A stretch of DNA of 20,000 nt from an uncultured virus (IMG/VR IMGVR_UViG_3300035670_000148) (taxonomy: Duplodnaviria > Heunggongvirae > Uroviricota > Caudoviricetes), in the IMG/VR virus record IMGVR_UViG_3300035670_000148. One strand, written 5' to 3'. The notes under the pieces are model-generated. The model was not told where the DNA came from and made no database searches. It saw nothing but the letters and a program-made list of their open reading frames with translations. A program made the position numbers and the translations under genes. Position 1 is the first letter of the stretch. Each line of letters begins with the position of its first letter. Below, one piece after another: positions 1 to 8,340 of the stretch.

Positions 1-1764
1 GCGACAGGTTTGCTAGGTAGTCACACTTATGTGGTGATGGAACACGCGATAGACATCACTAAGGCTTCTAACTATACAGCGGGAGACTCCTTCACTACTT
101 TTGATTATGTGATTGAGTGTGAAGTGTTTGTGTTTGCGCGCGGCTTTATCAGCCACAACAACTTTATCCTTCCTCGTGTATATGGCGGAGATGGTGCTCT
201 CGTAGGGACTTCAGATTACGAAAATATCCGCATGGCAATTGCGTCAGCTGTCCCTGCGACAGATAGCGTATATGTCACAGGAGCGCGCACAGTTTATCAA
301 GGAGACCCTTACCACACCATAGGTGGTTCTAGTCACTCTGTTGCAGACTCCCCTTCTCGATATGGGCTTGTCACATCAAGTGACGCTTATAAGTTGGCGA
401 CTCCTAGAGGGCAACTTCTAGAAGACGGCACATCAGCCATCGAACTCGCCAATCCGAGGTCTGTTGAGGTCGTGGCTTCTCTTGATTTCTTCACAACACT
501 AGGTTCGGGCTCTATTGGTGGTCCTGTAATTGAGAATAGCCTTAGTGATGTGGGCTTCGTGAGATATGCAAGACAAGGAGTCTCTGCCGAACTTGCACGC
601 ATACCCGCCTCTGCTGTAGAGCCTCTACCACAGACACAGGTGAACTTATTTACAGCTCCCTTAGATAATCAGTCTGACTATTCGTATGCGACTTTAAAAC
701 TATACTCTTACACAGAGAATGTAGTCATCACATATGAGGACTCGTTTGGGAGTATAAACTATCCGACCATCACAGATACTCCCGCTTCATTAAGTGAATT
801 GGCTTCTCTCATAGAGGCTTATTTTGCGGATAATGGATTATTAACGACATCTATTTTAGGAGATGGGTATCTCTTAGTCTTATTTCAGAGTCGAAATAGA
901 GGGGATAATAGTGCTACGCTATCGGTTCTTGCGGACACTCAATACAGAACGCGCGTTCTGACAAGACTTTATTCGGGGAAGTTCACTTATGATATGACGG
1001 CGACGACCCCGAATAAAGTCTCTTTTGAGGTGGGTCGAATAACCCCTGTCAATGGAGCTTCTGAGGAACACCAAGTAGATATTTCGCTAGTGGGAATGAC
1101 GAGTCGTCTTCCCTTAGGTATCCTCGTGAGTGATTTTGATTTCATGGGAGAAGACCCGTTGAGAGATGAATCCGGTGCGTTCCAAACATTAGGGGCGAAC
1201 TCAACATCTTATCCTTCCTCTTTGTCTGTAAATGAACTAGGTGAGCAATACACGAAGGTGAGTGGTTCGGCTGGAGAGATTCTCCAAATGGGAGATGGAG
1301 CGTTATTGACTTATGGAGCTTATCCTCTGAGTGGAGGTACTCAGAAATATAGAATCACGAGAGGTGGAGGTAGTCTTTTTGGGGCGTTTGGCAGAGCGCC
1401 CGGTGCTCCTTTGACCTTCTTAAATAAATCAATCCCCGCGCAGTTATCGCCTGTTTTGAAGGGTTCTGTTTTGGCGTGTAGGGCGATGTTAGTGAAAAAC
1501 TTTAAGGAGGAATCTTTCACAGGTGCTAATTTAACTCTTAACTCTGAGGGTTCAGAACTACAGCTTGTGGTTGTGACTTCAGCTGTTTATCAAAACTCGT
1601 CTCAAGAGGGCAGGTTCTCACCTATTGTTTTGAAGGGAGAAATCTCTCCTAGTGGTTTTGGTGAAGGATTTGTCGCTTCGGATAGATATAAGATTTCGGG
1701 GGCTCCGCTCGTGAAAGAAATCACTAAGAAGCCTGAGCTTCAAACCCCCGCAAAGAAGGTATAA
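1..1764 (+). CDS. Large hypothetical protein, C-terminal part (5'-truncated); possible virion structural protein
   Basis: Frame is open from base 1 (GCG ACA GGT TTG...) to TAA at 1762-1764, so the TTG at 10 is probably not the start. S/T/G/V-rich, beta-strand-like composition typical of virion proteins. No recognised motif. Confidence 0.6.
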   Translation, partial: ATGLLGSHTYVVMEHAIDITKASNYTAGDSFTTFDYVIECEVFVFARGFISHNNFILPRVYGGDGALVGTSDYENIRMAIASAVPATDSVYVTGARTVYQGDPYHTIGGSSHSVADSPSRYGLVTSSDAYKLATPRGQLLEDGTSAIELANPRSVEVVASLDFFTTLGSGSIGGPVIENSLSDVGFVRYARQGVSAELARIPASAVEPLPQTQVNLFTAPLDNQSDYSYATLKLYSYTENVVITYEDSFGSINYPTITDTPASLSELASLIEAYFADNGLLTTSILGDGYLLVLFQSRNRGDNSATLSVLADTQYRTRVLTRLYSGKFTYDMTATTPNKVSFEVGRITPVNGASEEHQVDISLVGMTSRLPLGILVSDFDFMGEDPLRDESGAFQTLGANSTSYPSSLSVNELGEQYTKVSGSAGEILQMGDGALLTYGAYPLSGGTQKYRITRGGGSLFGAFGRAPGAPLTFLNKSIPAQLSPVLKGSVLACRAMLVKNFKEESFTGANLTLNSEGSELQLVVVTSAVYQNSSQEGRFSPIVLKGEISPSGFGEGFVASDRYKISGAPLVKEITKKPELQTPAKKV

Positions 1765-1797
1765 TAGCGCACCCTCTTTACTCTAAAGGTGTGCTAT
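1760..1797 (+). promoter_or_regulatory. TATAAT -10-like box overlapping a hairpin that covers the RBS and start of the 1796 ORF
   Basis: TATAAT at 1760-1765. ATAGCGCACC (1764-1773) pairs with GGTGTGCTAT (1788-1797, one G-U), with an inner TTTA/TAAA stem. The right arm holds most of AAGGTG and the AT of ATG. Confidence 0.5.
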
Positions 1798-2053
1798 GTA
1801 CTATTACTTTGAAAATGATGACTTATTTCTCATAGGCGAAAATGCTTCATATCTAGCCGACAGCTTAAGCACTTTGGTTTATTCGCACCTAGAAATAATG
1901 CCTTTTCGTACCGATATTGACTCAGAGAGCGTTGTTTTCAAGAGAGTGACTTTTATGCAGTCTATTTGGTTCTTAAATTGGCTAGATATGTATCAAGTAG
2001 AAAAGCACCCTAAGTACAAAAGTCTTAATACCTCATGTCAAATCCGAGTTTAG
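1796..2053 (+). CDS. Hypothetical protein (85 aa)
   Basis: ATG preceded by AAGGTG; fills the gap between two long ORFs; no motif. Confidence 0.6.
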   Translation: MYYYFENDDLFLIGENASYLADSLSTLVYSHLEIMPFRTDIDSESVVFKRVTFMQSIWFLNWLDMYQVEKHPKYKSLNTSCQIRV

Positions 2054-2582
2054 GTTCTATACTAGAGGGTATTTTACATACATTTCCGATCACGACAGTC
2101 TCATCACCACCTGTAGCTAGTAAGAGTCTGTCATCGGGGTCGTTGCAGAGTAGCCCATTTTCGCTGATTTTGAGCTTTTCATTTAAGCGATACACTATGG
2201 GAGGTCCTTGTCTTACTCCGCCCGCATCTAGAGAAATCGTTTCAAATTCTGAGAATAAAAAACGACCCCCGCCCGAAATTAAGGTTAAGACAGCAGAACC
2301 ATTTGCATTTGCAAGAAAACCTGCATTCTGATAGGATGTGTAGTTCCTATAGTTAGAAATCTGAGGGTCTGTGTAGTCTTCACTTCCATAAAGCAAGAAG
2401 CCTGCTACATCAACCCCATCGGACCTTTCTACGGTATATTCATCTGTAGCGGTTTCATCCTCAACATATTTAACAAAAATACCCGCTTTCCATTTTGACC
2501 TTCGCAAAATGGGTCCAACGGTTATTCTATATTTATCTCCATTTCTTATGACGGTTATGTCCTCGTTAACGACGTTGATCAT
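2025..2582 (-). CDS. Hypothetical protein, possible head decoration/cement protein (185 aa)
   Basis: Strong SD GAGGAGG. C-terminal pattern YxLNEKLKISENGLLC...VIGNVCKIP resembles beta-tulip capsid decoration proteins (pattern recall only). Confidence 0.5.
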   Translation of the reverse strand: MINVVNEDITVIRNGDKYRITVGPILRRSKWKAGIFVKYVEDETATDEYTVERSDGVDVAGFLLYGSEDYTDPQISNYRNYTSYQNAGFLANANGSAVLTLISGGGRFLFSEFETISLDAGGVRQGPPIVYRLNEKLKISENGLLCNDPDDRLLLATGGDETVVIGNVCKIPSSIEPKLGFDMRY

Positions 2583-3021
2583 AACCCATCCTCCTCATAA
2601 CTTTTTTTACTACTTCACGTTTTATATCTTTGGTAGTCTTTTCAGACTCAGGGATGATTTCCTCAGACTTCGGAGCTTGCTTGAAGCCTTTTGGAACTCG
2701 CTTAATATCCTCCTCAGTATCTACAACGAACTGATTAAGAGTAGATAACTGCTTACCCCCCGGCTTTTTTCTTATTTCGTCTGGAGGAGGGGGTGCGAGA
2801 AGTGCATCTTTTTTTGAATCTCTGATACACTTTGCAGACTCATCTTGTTCTTCGAGAGCGGTCTCTGTTATATCTACATCGTTTGAAACAGCACCCGACT
2901 CCGCAAACTCTCGTACAGATTTCTTTGTCGGATTGTCAAAGAACTTATTTTCCGCAGACGGCGCGACTTGATTTATATTTGCTCGCAAGTTGCGATATTG
3001 AGTGGGTTTATAGCCGTACAT
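2566..3021 (-). CDS. Hypothetical protein (151 aa, charged, probably disordered)
   Basis: SD AAGGAG; overlaps the next gene by 17 nt; PPPP tract. Confidence 0.75.
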   Translation of the reverse strand: MYGYKPTQYRNLRANINQVAPSAENKFFDNPTKKSVREFAESGAVSNDVDITETALEEQDESAKCIRDSKKDALLAPPPPDEIRKKPGGKQLSTLNQFVVDTEEDIKRVPKGFKQAPKSEEIIPESEKTTKDIKREVVKKVMRRMGYDQRR

Positions 3022-3050
3022 CTAAACTCCTTTGTCTCCAACCAAGAGAA

Positions 3051-3064
3051 TATAGATGAACTAT
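3051..3064 (-). promoter_or_regulatory. Candidate phage late-promoter motif ATAGTTCATCTATA
   Basis: Matches the recurring ATAR(T/A)-N4-YWAT motif; 29 nt upstream of the 3021 start. Confidence 0.45.
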
Positions 3065-3082
3065 ACTATCTAAACCTCAACT

Positions 3083-3400
3083 TCAGTTAGCCTTTTTTCT
3101 CTGCTTATACGCATATCTATTTGCGCGCTTTCGACAAACCTCGGAGCAATGATTTTGTTTATTCGCAGCTACAGGATTATTGCAGTTTCTCTCCGCACAT
3201 ATCCTAACCTCTATTGAGGGGGGGTTCTCAATCTGTATTATCCGAGGGATAGGCTTTTCTGACCTTCCGGGGCAACCATACATATAACATTTATCTAAGG
3301 AAGCTCTCTGCTTAACAGAGAAACCCATCATGAACTTATTACAAGTCCAATAGTCTTCTCCATTCTCGTCTACAGACCATTGGACTCTACACTTTGACAT
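3083..3400 (-). CDS. Cys-rich zinc-finger-like protein (105 aa)
   Basis: Start moved to the ATG at 3400 (MSKCRVQ), which has GAGGAG upstream. C-terminal CAERNC...HCSEVCRKRANRY plus basic tail resembles CGNR-type/treble-clef zinc fingers; four more Cys in the N-terminal half. Confidence 0.65.
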   Translation of the reverse strand: MSKCRVQWSVDENGEDYWTCNKFMMGFSVKQRASLDKCYMYGCPGRSEKPIPRIIQIENPPSIEVRICAERNCNNPVAANKQNHCSEVCRKRANRYAYKQRKKAN

Positions 3401-4394
3401 GGTCTTGAGTCTCCTCAACTGCCTCCGAAACATCTACAGGAGTTTCCTCTATAGAAGTCTCCTCAGATTTCTCTACTTCTGCGGGAGCCTCAGACTCCTC
3501 TACAGGAGCTTCCTCACTCTTAATTACCTTAAGAACATCATTCATAATCATGGGGGGGACATGAATGTCGAGAACATCTTCCATTGATAAATAGATATTC
3601 TCACCCTCTAGGGAGATACCTTTACCCTCAATGTACTCTGCCTTACGCAACACTAAGTACCCATTTAACTTTGAAATACTCTCGCCCGCCATGATGACAC
3701 AAGCAGCCAAGAAAGGGTCTTGTCGAGCCTGTAATGCGTCTAGCTTTTCCTGATAGTTATCTCCAAAACTATCTCTCATCAGCCTATCAAATGTTGCTTT
3801 CATATCTTCAAGCGATGTAGGAGCTTCCTCAGTCTCGGCTTCCTCAGTCTCAGTTTTCTCTACAGGGGCGGACACCTCTGAAACAGGGTTCTCAACCTCG
3901 TCAACCTCGTCAACCTCATCAACCTCATCAACCTCATCAGACTCCTCTAGGTCTTCAGAATTATCATCATCAACTAAGAAGAAAGAGAAGGCATTTATTT
4001 GAATCGTATATCCCTTAATCTCAGGGTTCCAAAGCTCTGTGAGATAGTCTTTGACAAGAGGTAGTGAGGCGCGCGGAACCCAAGTTAAAGGTTCAGATAC
4101 TTGTAGGTTTCCTTTAAGAACTACGCCTCTAACACCTACTGAGAAGCAAGTATCTGCACCCATTTTCTCTATAAAATCTCTAGTTTGTTCAAGTGCCCCA
4201 TTCTTTTTAAAGAAATAATTTACGCCACTCTCTAGGTATTTCATAGAAACCTCAACCATATTGTCAAGGATAGACTTCATAGCATGGTTTCTAAGTGAGG
4301 GTGCAGTCTTCTTCTTATTTTTTAACTTTAAAGCACGAGCCGCTTTACGCTTTGCCATCTTAATTGTGTGCTTCTTATTCGCAGTCTTTTTCAT
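3387..4394 (-). CDS. Hypothetical protein with basic N-terminus and acidic low-complexity linkers (335 aa)
   Basis: ATG at 4394 (MKKTANKK) has GGAG 7 nt upstream and is preferred over the TTG at 4406. K/R-rich first 35 aa; D/E-rich middle and tail. Confidence 0.8.
   Translation of the reverse strand: MKKTANKKHTIKMAKRKAARALKLKNKKKTAPSLRNHAMKSILDNMVEVSMKYLESGVNYFFKKNGALEQTRDFIEKMGADTCFSVGVRGVVLKGNLQVSEPLTWVPRASLPLVKDYLTELWNPEIKGYTIQINAFSFFLVDDDNSEDLEESDEVDEVDEVDEVDEVENPVSEVSAPVEKTETEEAETEEAPTSLEDMKATFDRLMRDSFGDNYQEKLDALQARQDPFLAACVIMAGESISKLNGYLVLRKAEYIEGKGISLEGENIYLSMEDVLDIHVPPMIMNDVLKVIKSEEAPVEESEAPAEVEKSEETSIEETPVDVSEAVEETQDHVKV
3892..3939 (-). repeat. 9-bp tandem repeat x5 encoding (DEV)5
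   Basis: TCAACCTCG x2 then TCAACCTCA x3 on the plus strand, in frame in the 3387-4394 ORF. Confidence 0.95.
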
Positions 4395-4462
4395 TCTATT
4401 CTCCAAATGAGTGTGTGCCTAGACGCGAGTGTTATACCGAAATAACGCCGAGAGAAATCTTG

Positions 4463-4468
4463 TATAAT
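4463..4468 (+). promoter_or_regulatory. Sigma70-like -10 box (TATAAT) in a divergent intergenic region
   Basis: Perfect TATAAT 38 nt upstream of the 4507 start. A TATAAC lies on the minus strand at 4431-4436 for the divergent gene. No clear -35. Confidence 0.35.
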
Positions 4469-4506
4469 CTGATATAGGTGTTTGCCACTTACTCAGAGGA
4501 GAATAA

Positions 4507-4716
4507 ATGAGTCCAGAGAACGAGATTTTATCTTTCCTAAGAAATAATCCTCACAGACTACATCAGCTTCACGAGGTCAACGATATAGAAGACTCCGCAG
4601 ATATTGTCTTTAAGTTGGCTCATCAGGGTCATATAGACATTTATCTTGTTCGACTCTCAAAAGATGAACCCCAAAGCCTATATTTTACACTTCCCATAGG
4701 AGACAATGATGAGTAA
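4507..4716 (+). CDS. Small hypothetical protein, possibly winged-helix-like (69 aa)
   Basis: SD GAGGAG. EILSFL...IVFKLAHQGHIDI...LYFTL pattern is reminiscent of wHTH domains (weak). Confidence 0.6.
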   Translation: MSPENEILSFLRNNPHRLHQLHEVNDIEDSADIVFKLAHQGHIDIYLVRLSKDEPQSLYFTLPIGDNDE

Positions 4717-4978
4717 TGCTTTGATTTTATTGATTTTTATTGGGGGTTCTATTGGACTTCTTACCCATCATGCTGAGAGCGAGATAGAGATTGTTATTTG
4801 CAAAGGTTCTGAAGCACCTTTTCTGTTTATAGGTGAGAAAAGAGACTACAAGTACTTACTAAATCAGGGTATTTTGACTGAGCTTACTGTGTGTCAGACA
4901 AAAAAGATGACTCACGATACTTGGTATCAGACGCGAAGTGCGCTCAACCGCTCTTTTTTGAATACTAGGGAGAAATAA
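4706..4978 (+). CDS. Small protein with N-terminal signal/TM segment (90 aa)
   Basis: SD AGGAG; hydrophobic ALILLIFIGGSIGLL; two Cys in the soluble part. Confidence 0.7.
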   Translation: MMSNALILLIFIGGSIGLLTHHAESEIEIVICKGSEAPFLFIGEKRDYKYLLNQGILTELTVCQTKKMTHDTWYQTRSALNRSFLNTREK

Positions 4979-6173
4979 TCTCTTCTAGTTTAGATTCAAC
5001 TTCGGGTGTGTATTTACTATGCTGATTTGAGAGTTCGGCTAACTCGTCAATCTCGTCTTTCTTAGAAAGACCGAGCATATGAAGAAGACTACGAACAGGT
5101 CCAGACTTCATTACTCCATTTGCGATTTGCTTAAGAACCCACCAAACGCCTTGAAGAGGCATAAGCAAAAGAACTTTTGGAGGGATAGCTAAGAGCTTAC
5201 CCCCTGCTTGATAAACTTGAGAGACTAATAACCAAACCACGAGAACTGCACCTAAACCGATAACAATCACATTGTGAGGGATATTATCGTATATTGCTTG
5301 ACATAAGAACTTAAACGCACTATAAATGTTGTCTAGTGCCCCACCTAAGACAAATGCTAGTCCTTTCCCTAAGTTCTTAAGTAAAAACCATAGAGCTTCA
5401 AGAGCGGATTCTACTGCACTTGGAACTTCTGGAAGGAGTTTCCCAATCCACCCTGTTATAACACCACCTACCCAAGCCATCGCATCGCTTCCTAAGATAG
5501 TCTTAATAAGACCCCAAGCAGCTGGTCCAATCCATTCAATAATATTTGTCCAAACCCACCCTACACCATCTAGAATCATAGTTGAAACGGCAGGTATCGC
5601 GGTCTTTTTTAGAGAAGCCGTTTTGAATTTCTTAGGGTCTGCCATCAGTATATAAACCACTTTAGGGTCTACACCTAAGAGTTGTGCGATTTTATCTGGG
5701 TCCTTTTGATTAGCCCCGATTTTCCCAACAATCTCAGATTGTTGGGCGAAGGATAATCCGGATAAGCGATTGTCTAATAACTTATCAAAAGGATTTTTTT
5801 CGGTGTTTTTGGCTAATTTTTCTACTACTTTCATATAATCTAAGGTGTTTTTAATCCCCATCTGTTTATGTATCAGAGAGAAACCTTTAACAGCTTCTCC
5901 AGATAAAGGGGGTAGCTTTGCCACCTCATCTTGAACAACCGCAGTCACGACTGCTTCTTTAAGTTGTTCTGAAGATGCCGTTCTTATGGTGTCTCTAGGG
6001 TAAGAGCTACGAACAATTTGTGAGGCGACTCGCACTTCGTGCGCGCTAAGATATCTCCCTCGAATCAAACTCATCCTCATTTTATCGTAGTCAAGTGGGG
6101 TTCTTGGAATCGCCACATTTAGACCTCTCTGTGAGAGGTATGCACACCTAGTCTGAATATCTGCCAAACTCAT
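4965..6173 (-). CDS. Membrane protein, single-unit member of paralogue family A (402 aa)
   Basis: SD AAGGAG. Helical domain (QMGIKNTLDY...KNPFDKLL...KIAQLLGVDP) similar to those in 6237, 8341 and 12432, followed by KTAS/KKTA and a long Trp/Gly-rich hydrophobic region. Confidence 0.8.
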   Translation of the reverse strand: MSLADIQTRCAYLSQRGLNVAIPRTPLDYDKMRMSLIRGRYLSAHEVRVASQIVRSSYPRDTIRTASSEQLKEAVVTAVVQDEVAKLPPLSGEAVKGFSLIHKQMGIKNTLDYMKVVEKLAKNTEKNPFDKLLDNRLSGLSFAQQSEIVGKIGANQKDPDKIAQLLGVDPKVVYILMADPKKFKTASLKKTAIPAVSTMILDGVGWVWTNIIEWIGPAAWGLIKTILGSDAMAWVGGVITGWIGKLLPEVPSAVESALEALWFLLKNLGKGLAFVLGGALDNIYSAFKFLCQAIYDNIPHNVIVIGLGAVLVVWLLVSQVYQAGGKLLAIPPKVLLLMPLQGVWWVLKQIANGVMKSGPVRSLLHMLGLSKKDEIDELAELSNQHSKYTPEVESKLEEIISP

Positions 6174-6250
6174 AACGGGCTCCTTTTTTTTCTTTAATAC
6201 TTTTGTTCTCTCATTAAAGAAAAAAAGGAGCCCGTTATGAGTTTGGCAGA
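6160..6250. repeat. Near-perfect inverted repeat (39/38-bp arms, 14-bp spacer) spanning the RBS and first codons of two divergent genes
   Basis: 6160-6198 TCTGCCAAACTCATAACGGGCTCC(T8)CTTTAAT is the reverse complement of 6213-6250 ATTAAAG(A7)GGAGCCCGTTATGAGTTTGGCAGA except for one base in the homopolymer. Confidence 0.97.
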
Positions 6251-8339
6251 GCTAGAGAAAGTCTCTAAAAGCACCGCAGAGGAAAATCAAAAAAGCCTCA
6301 TACAGATGATAAAAGATGCAGTTAGAAGTACTTCTTTGAGTACTTCTCAGATCAACTTAATAAAAGATACAGCTACTGAAGTGGGGATTGTTAACTTTAC
6401 AGATATTCTTAAGATGAAAGGACCAGCTCCCAAGAATAATCTAGAGAAATTCATGATGTTGAAAATGCAAGGTATCTCAGACCCTGCGACAGTCGCTCGC
6501 ATGATAACTGAAATACTTGCAGCTCAAGACCAAGAACAGCTGGCTGCGGCACTAGAAGTCCCGTCTGCAAAGTTGCAGGCACTACTACCCGGACCAACGA
6601 TAAAAGAAATTCTGACTAGCCTCACAAAGAAGTTCTTAGTCACTTTCTTTATCTCCTTCATCACTTCTTTCCTTTTTAAGTTCTTTCAAGCATCCTCCGC
6701 CTCTAAGATTTTAGAGTTTTGCACGAATGCTAAAACAGCTTCGGGGAAGAAATTTAAGGTCAGAGTTGCGTGGGACGCTGACTATGCGGTGGATACCCAC
6801 ACTGCGCCAATGATGGCAAAGAAAGTTGAAAAAGTTATACAGGAACGAGTCATTAAAGATATTCAAATACAGCAACAGGCAGACGCAATGAACATCTATT
6901 CGGGGGATAAAGTACTAGAAGTTCCCTCAAACCAAATTGAGTATAACGCCAGCACAGGGGAATATAAAATGTGGGTCTATAACGACCCCGCTAAGAATGT
7001 CCCTGCTGAAATAACAGAGGTGGGTGGCGTGGTGAACGCAAAGCCAACTTCCGCACGTTACCTTAACATCGGTGAGGTTGAGGGTAAGGTAGTTACAGAC
7101 AAAGAATCGGGTAGGCACATTTGGCAGCCCAAAGAGGGTGATACGGTGCGTATGTTTAAGAACGAGGATGGTAAATGGGTTCGTTTTAAGGATTTAAGCG
7201 AAGAAGAGCAAGCTAGATTAGGAGATCGGGATTACGACCCCTCACAGGCGGGTGTTGCTCTACATAAGAAGATATTATGTGGAACTATCAATTGGGCTAC
7301 ATATAGCTTCTTAGGGAGTATTTCTAAGTTCTTCGTAACTGTTGCGAAAGGGTTCGTAGCTGAATTGGGGAAAACAAGCGTACTTTACGGATTCTTAGCT
7401 TCAGCCGCAACTGCGATACTCTTATTCGGATCAAGCATAGTTAAAGGTATTTTCAAGGTCTTTTCTTTTGGGAAGGACTTGGTAGTAAATGGAGTTAAAG
7501 CACTTTGGAACTTAGCCACAAAAAGAGGTAAGTCAGCTTCAATCCCAAGAAGGAAACTTGCTCTAGAGGAAGCCGTAAACCCCAAAGAGGTGATTGACGA
7601 GACTTCCAACACAATTATGGGTGTCGTGGGAGAAAAAGTCAAAGAGGTTCAGAAATTCTTAGGTTCTAGTTCGCTCACAGCCATGAGAGACTTGGCAGCT
7701 AAAGCAGGTATGTCTTCTTTCAAAGAGTTGTCTAAAGGAGAAGAACCCGTACCCACAAACCCTCTAGAGAAATTGATTGTTGAAAAGCTCAAGAGAATAT
7801 CCTCTGCGAAAGAGAAGATATTATTTCTAGAGGGTATTCATAAGGCTTCCTCTAAGGAGGAACTTAGTAGTGTCTTAGAGATAGACCCTGCAAAGTTAGA
7901 GTCTTTTTTCGGAGATGAGACAAAGACAATAAAAAGGACTATCGTTATCTCACTAGGTATTATAAGCATAGCCTTCTTGTTGGGTGCGTTTATCCATGTG
8001 GTAATGACGACACCGATTTTAACAGGTGCTTGGTTAACTCTAAAATCTTCTTTGATGCCTTTAGTGAACTTCTTACCTGTCGCTACAAACATGACGGCGA
8101 CAGAGTTTTATAAGATGTTGGCTATTGGGGCGGCTAAGTCTGCCTTAATACAGACTACGATTATCGGAATTGTTATGTATGGCCCATCGTGGATAAGAAA
8201 GAGCTTATCCGCAATAGGTTCTTGGGTGAAACAATCTATTATTGGTATATGGGACAAAATAAAAGCACCTTTTAGAGAGGCTTCTCAAATATCTCCTGAA
8301 AGAGCTTTACTCAACATACTTAGTTACAGAGGAGTCTAA
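6237..8339 (+). CDS. Membrane protein, two-unit member of family A with a 185-aa insert (700 aa)
   Basis: SD AAGGAG. Two helical-domain copies (PKNNLEK...QEQLAAALEVP and PTNPLEK...KEELSSVLEIDP), each followed by hydrophobic segments. Its only two Cys (162, 348) flank the insert. Confidence 0.85.
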   Translation: MSLAELEKVSKSTAEENQKSLIQMIKDAVRSTSLSTSQINLIKDTATEVGIVNFTDILKMKGPAPKNNLEKFMMLKMQGISDPATVARMITEILAAQDQEQLAAALEVPSAKLQALLPGPTIKEILTSLTKKFLVTFFISFITSFLFKFFQASSASKILEFCTNAKTASGKKFKVRVAWDADYAVDTHTAPMMAKKVEKVIQERVIKDIQIQQQADAMNIYSGDKVLEVPSNQIEYNASTGEYKMWVYNDPAKNVPAEITEVGGVVNAKPTSARYLNIGEVEGKVVTDKESGRHIWQPKEGDTVRMFKNEDGKWVRFKDLSEEEQARLGDRDYDPSQAGVALHKKILCGTINWATYSFLGSISKFFVTVAKGFVAELGKTSVLYGFLASAATAILLFGSSIVKGIFKVFSFGKDLVVNGVKALWNLATKRGKSASIPRRKLALEEAVNPKEVIDETSNTIMGVVGEKVKEVQKFLGSSSLTAMRDLAAKAGMSSFKELSKGEEPVPTNPLEKLIVEKLKRISSAKEKILFLEGIHKASSKEELSSVLEIDPAKLESFFGDETKTIKRTIVISLGIISIAFLLGAFIHVVMTTPILTGAWLTLKSSLMPLVNFLPVATNMTATEFYKMLAIGAAKSALIQTTIIGIVMYGPSWIRKSLSAIGSWVKQSIIGIWDKIKAPFREASQISPERALLNILSYRGV

Positions 8340-8340
8340 A

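Noticed and set aside
6160..6250. Intrinsic terminator or IS terminal repeats
   Set aside because: It lies between divergent starts and includes SD and ATG; no transposase, recombinase or target-site duplication is nearby.
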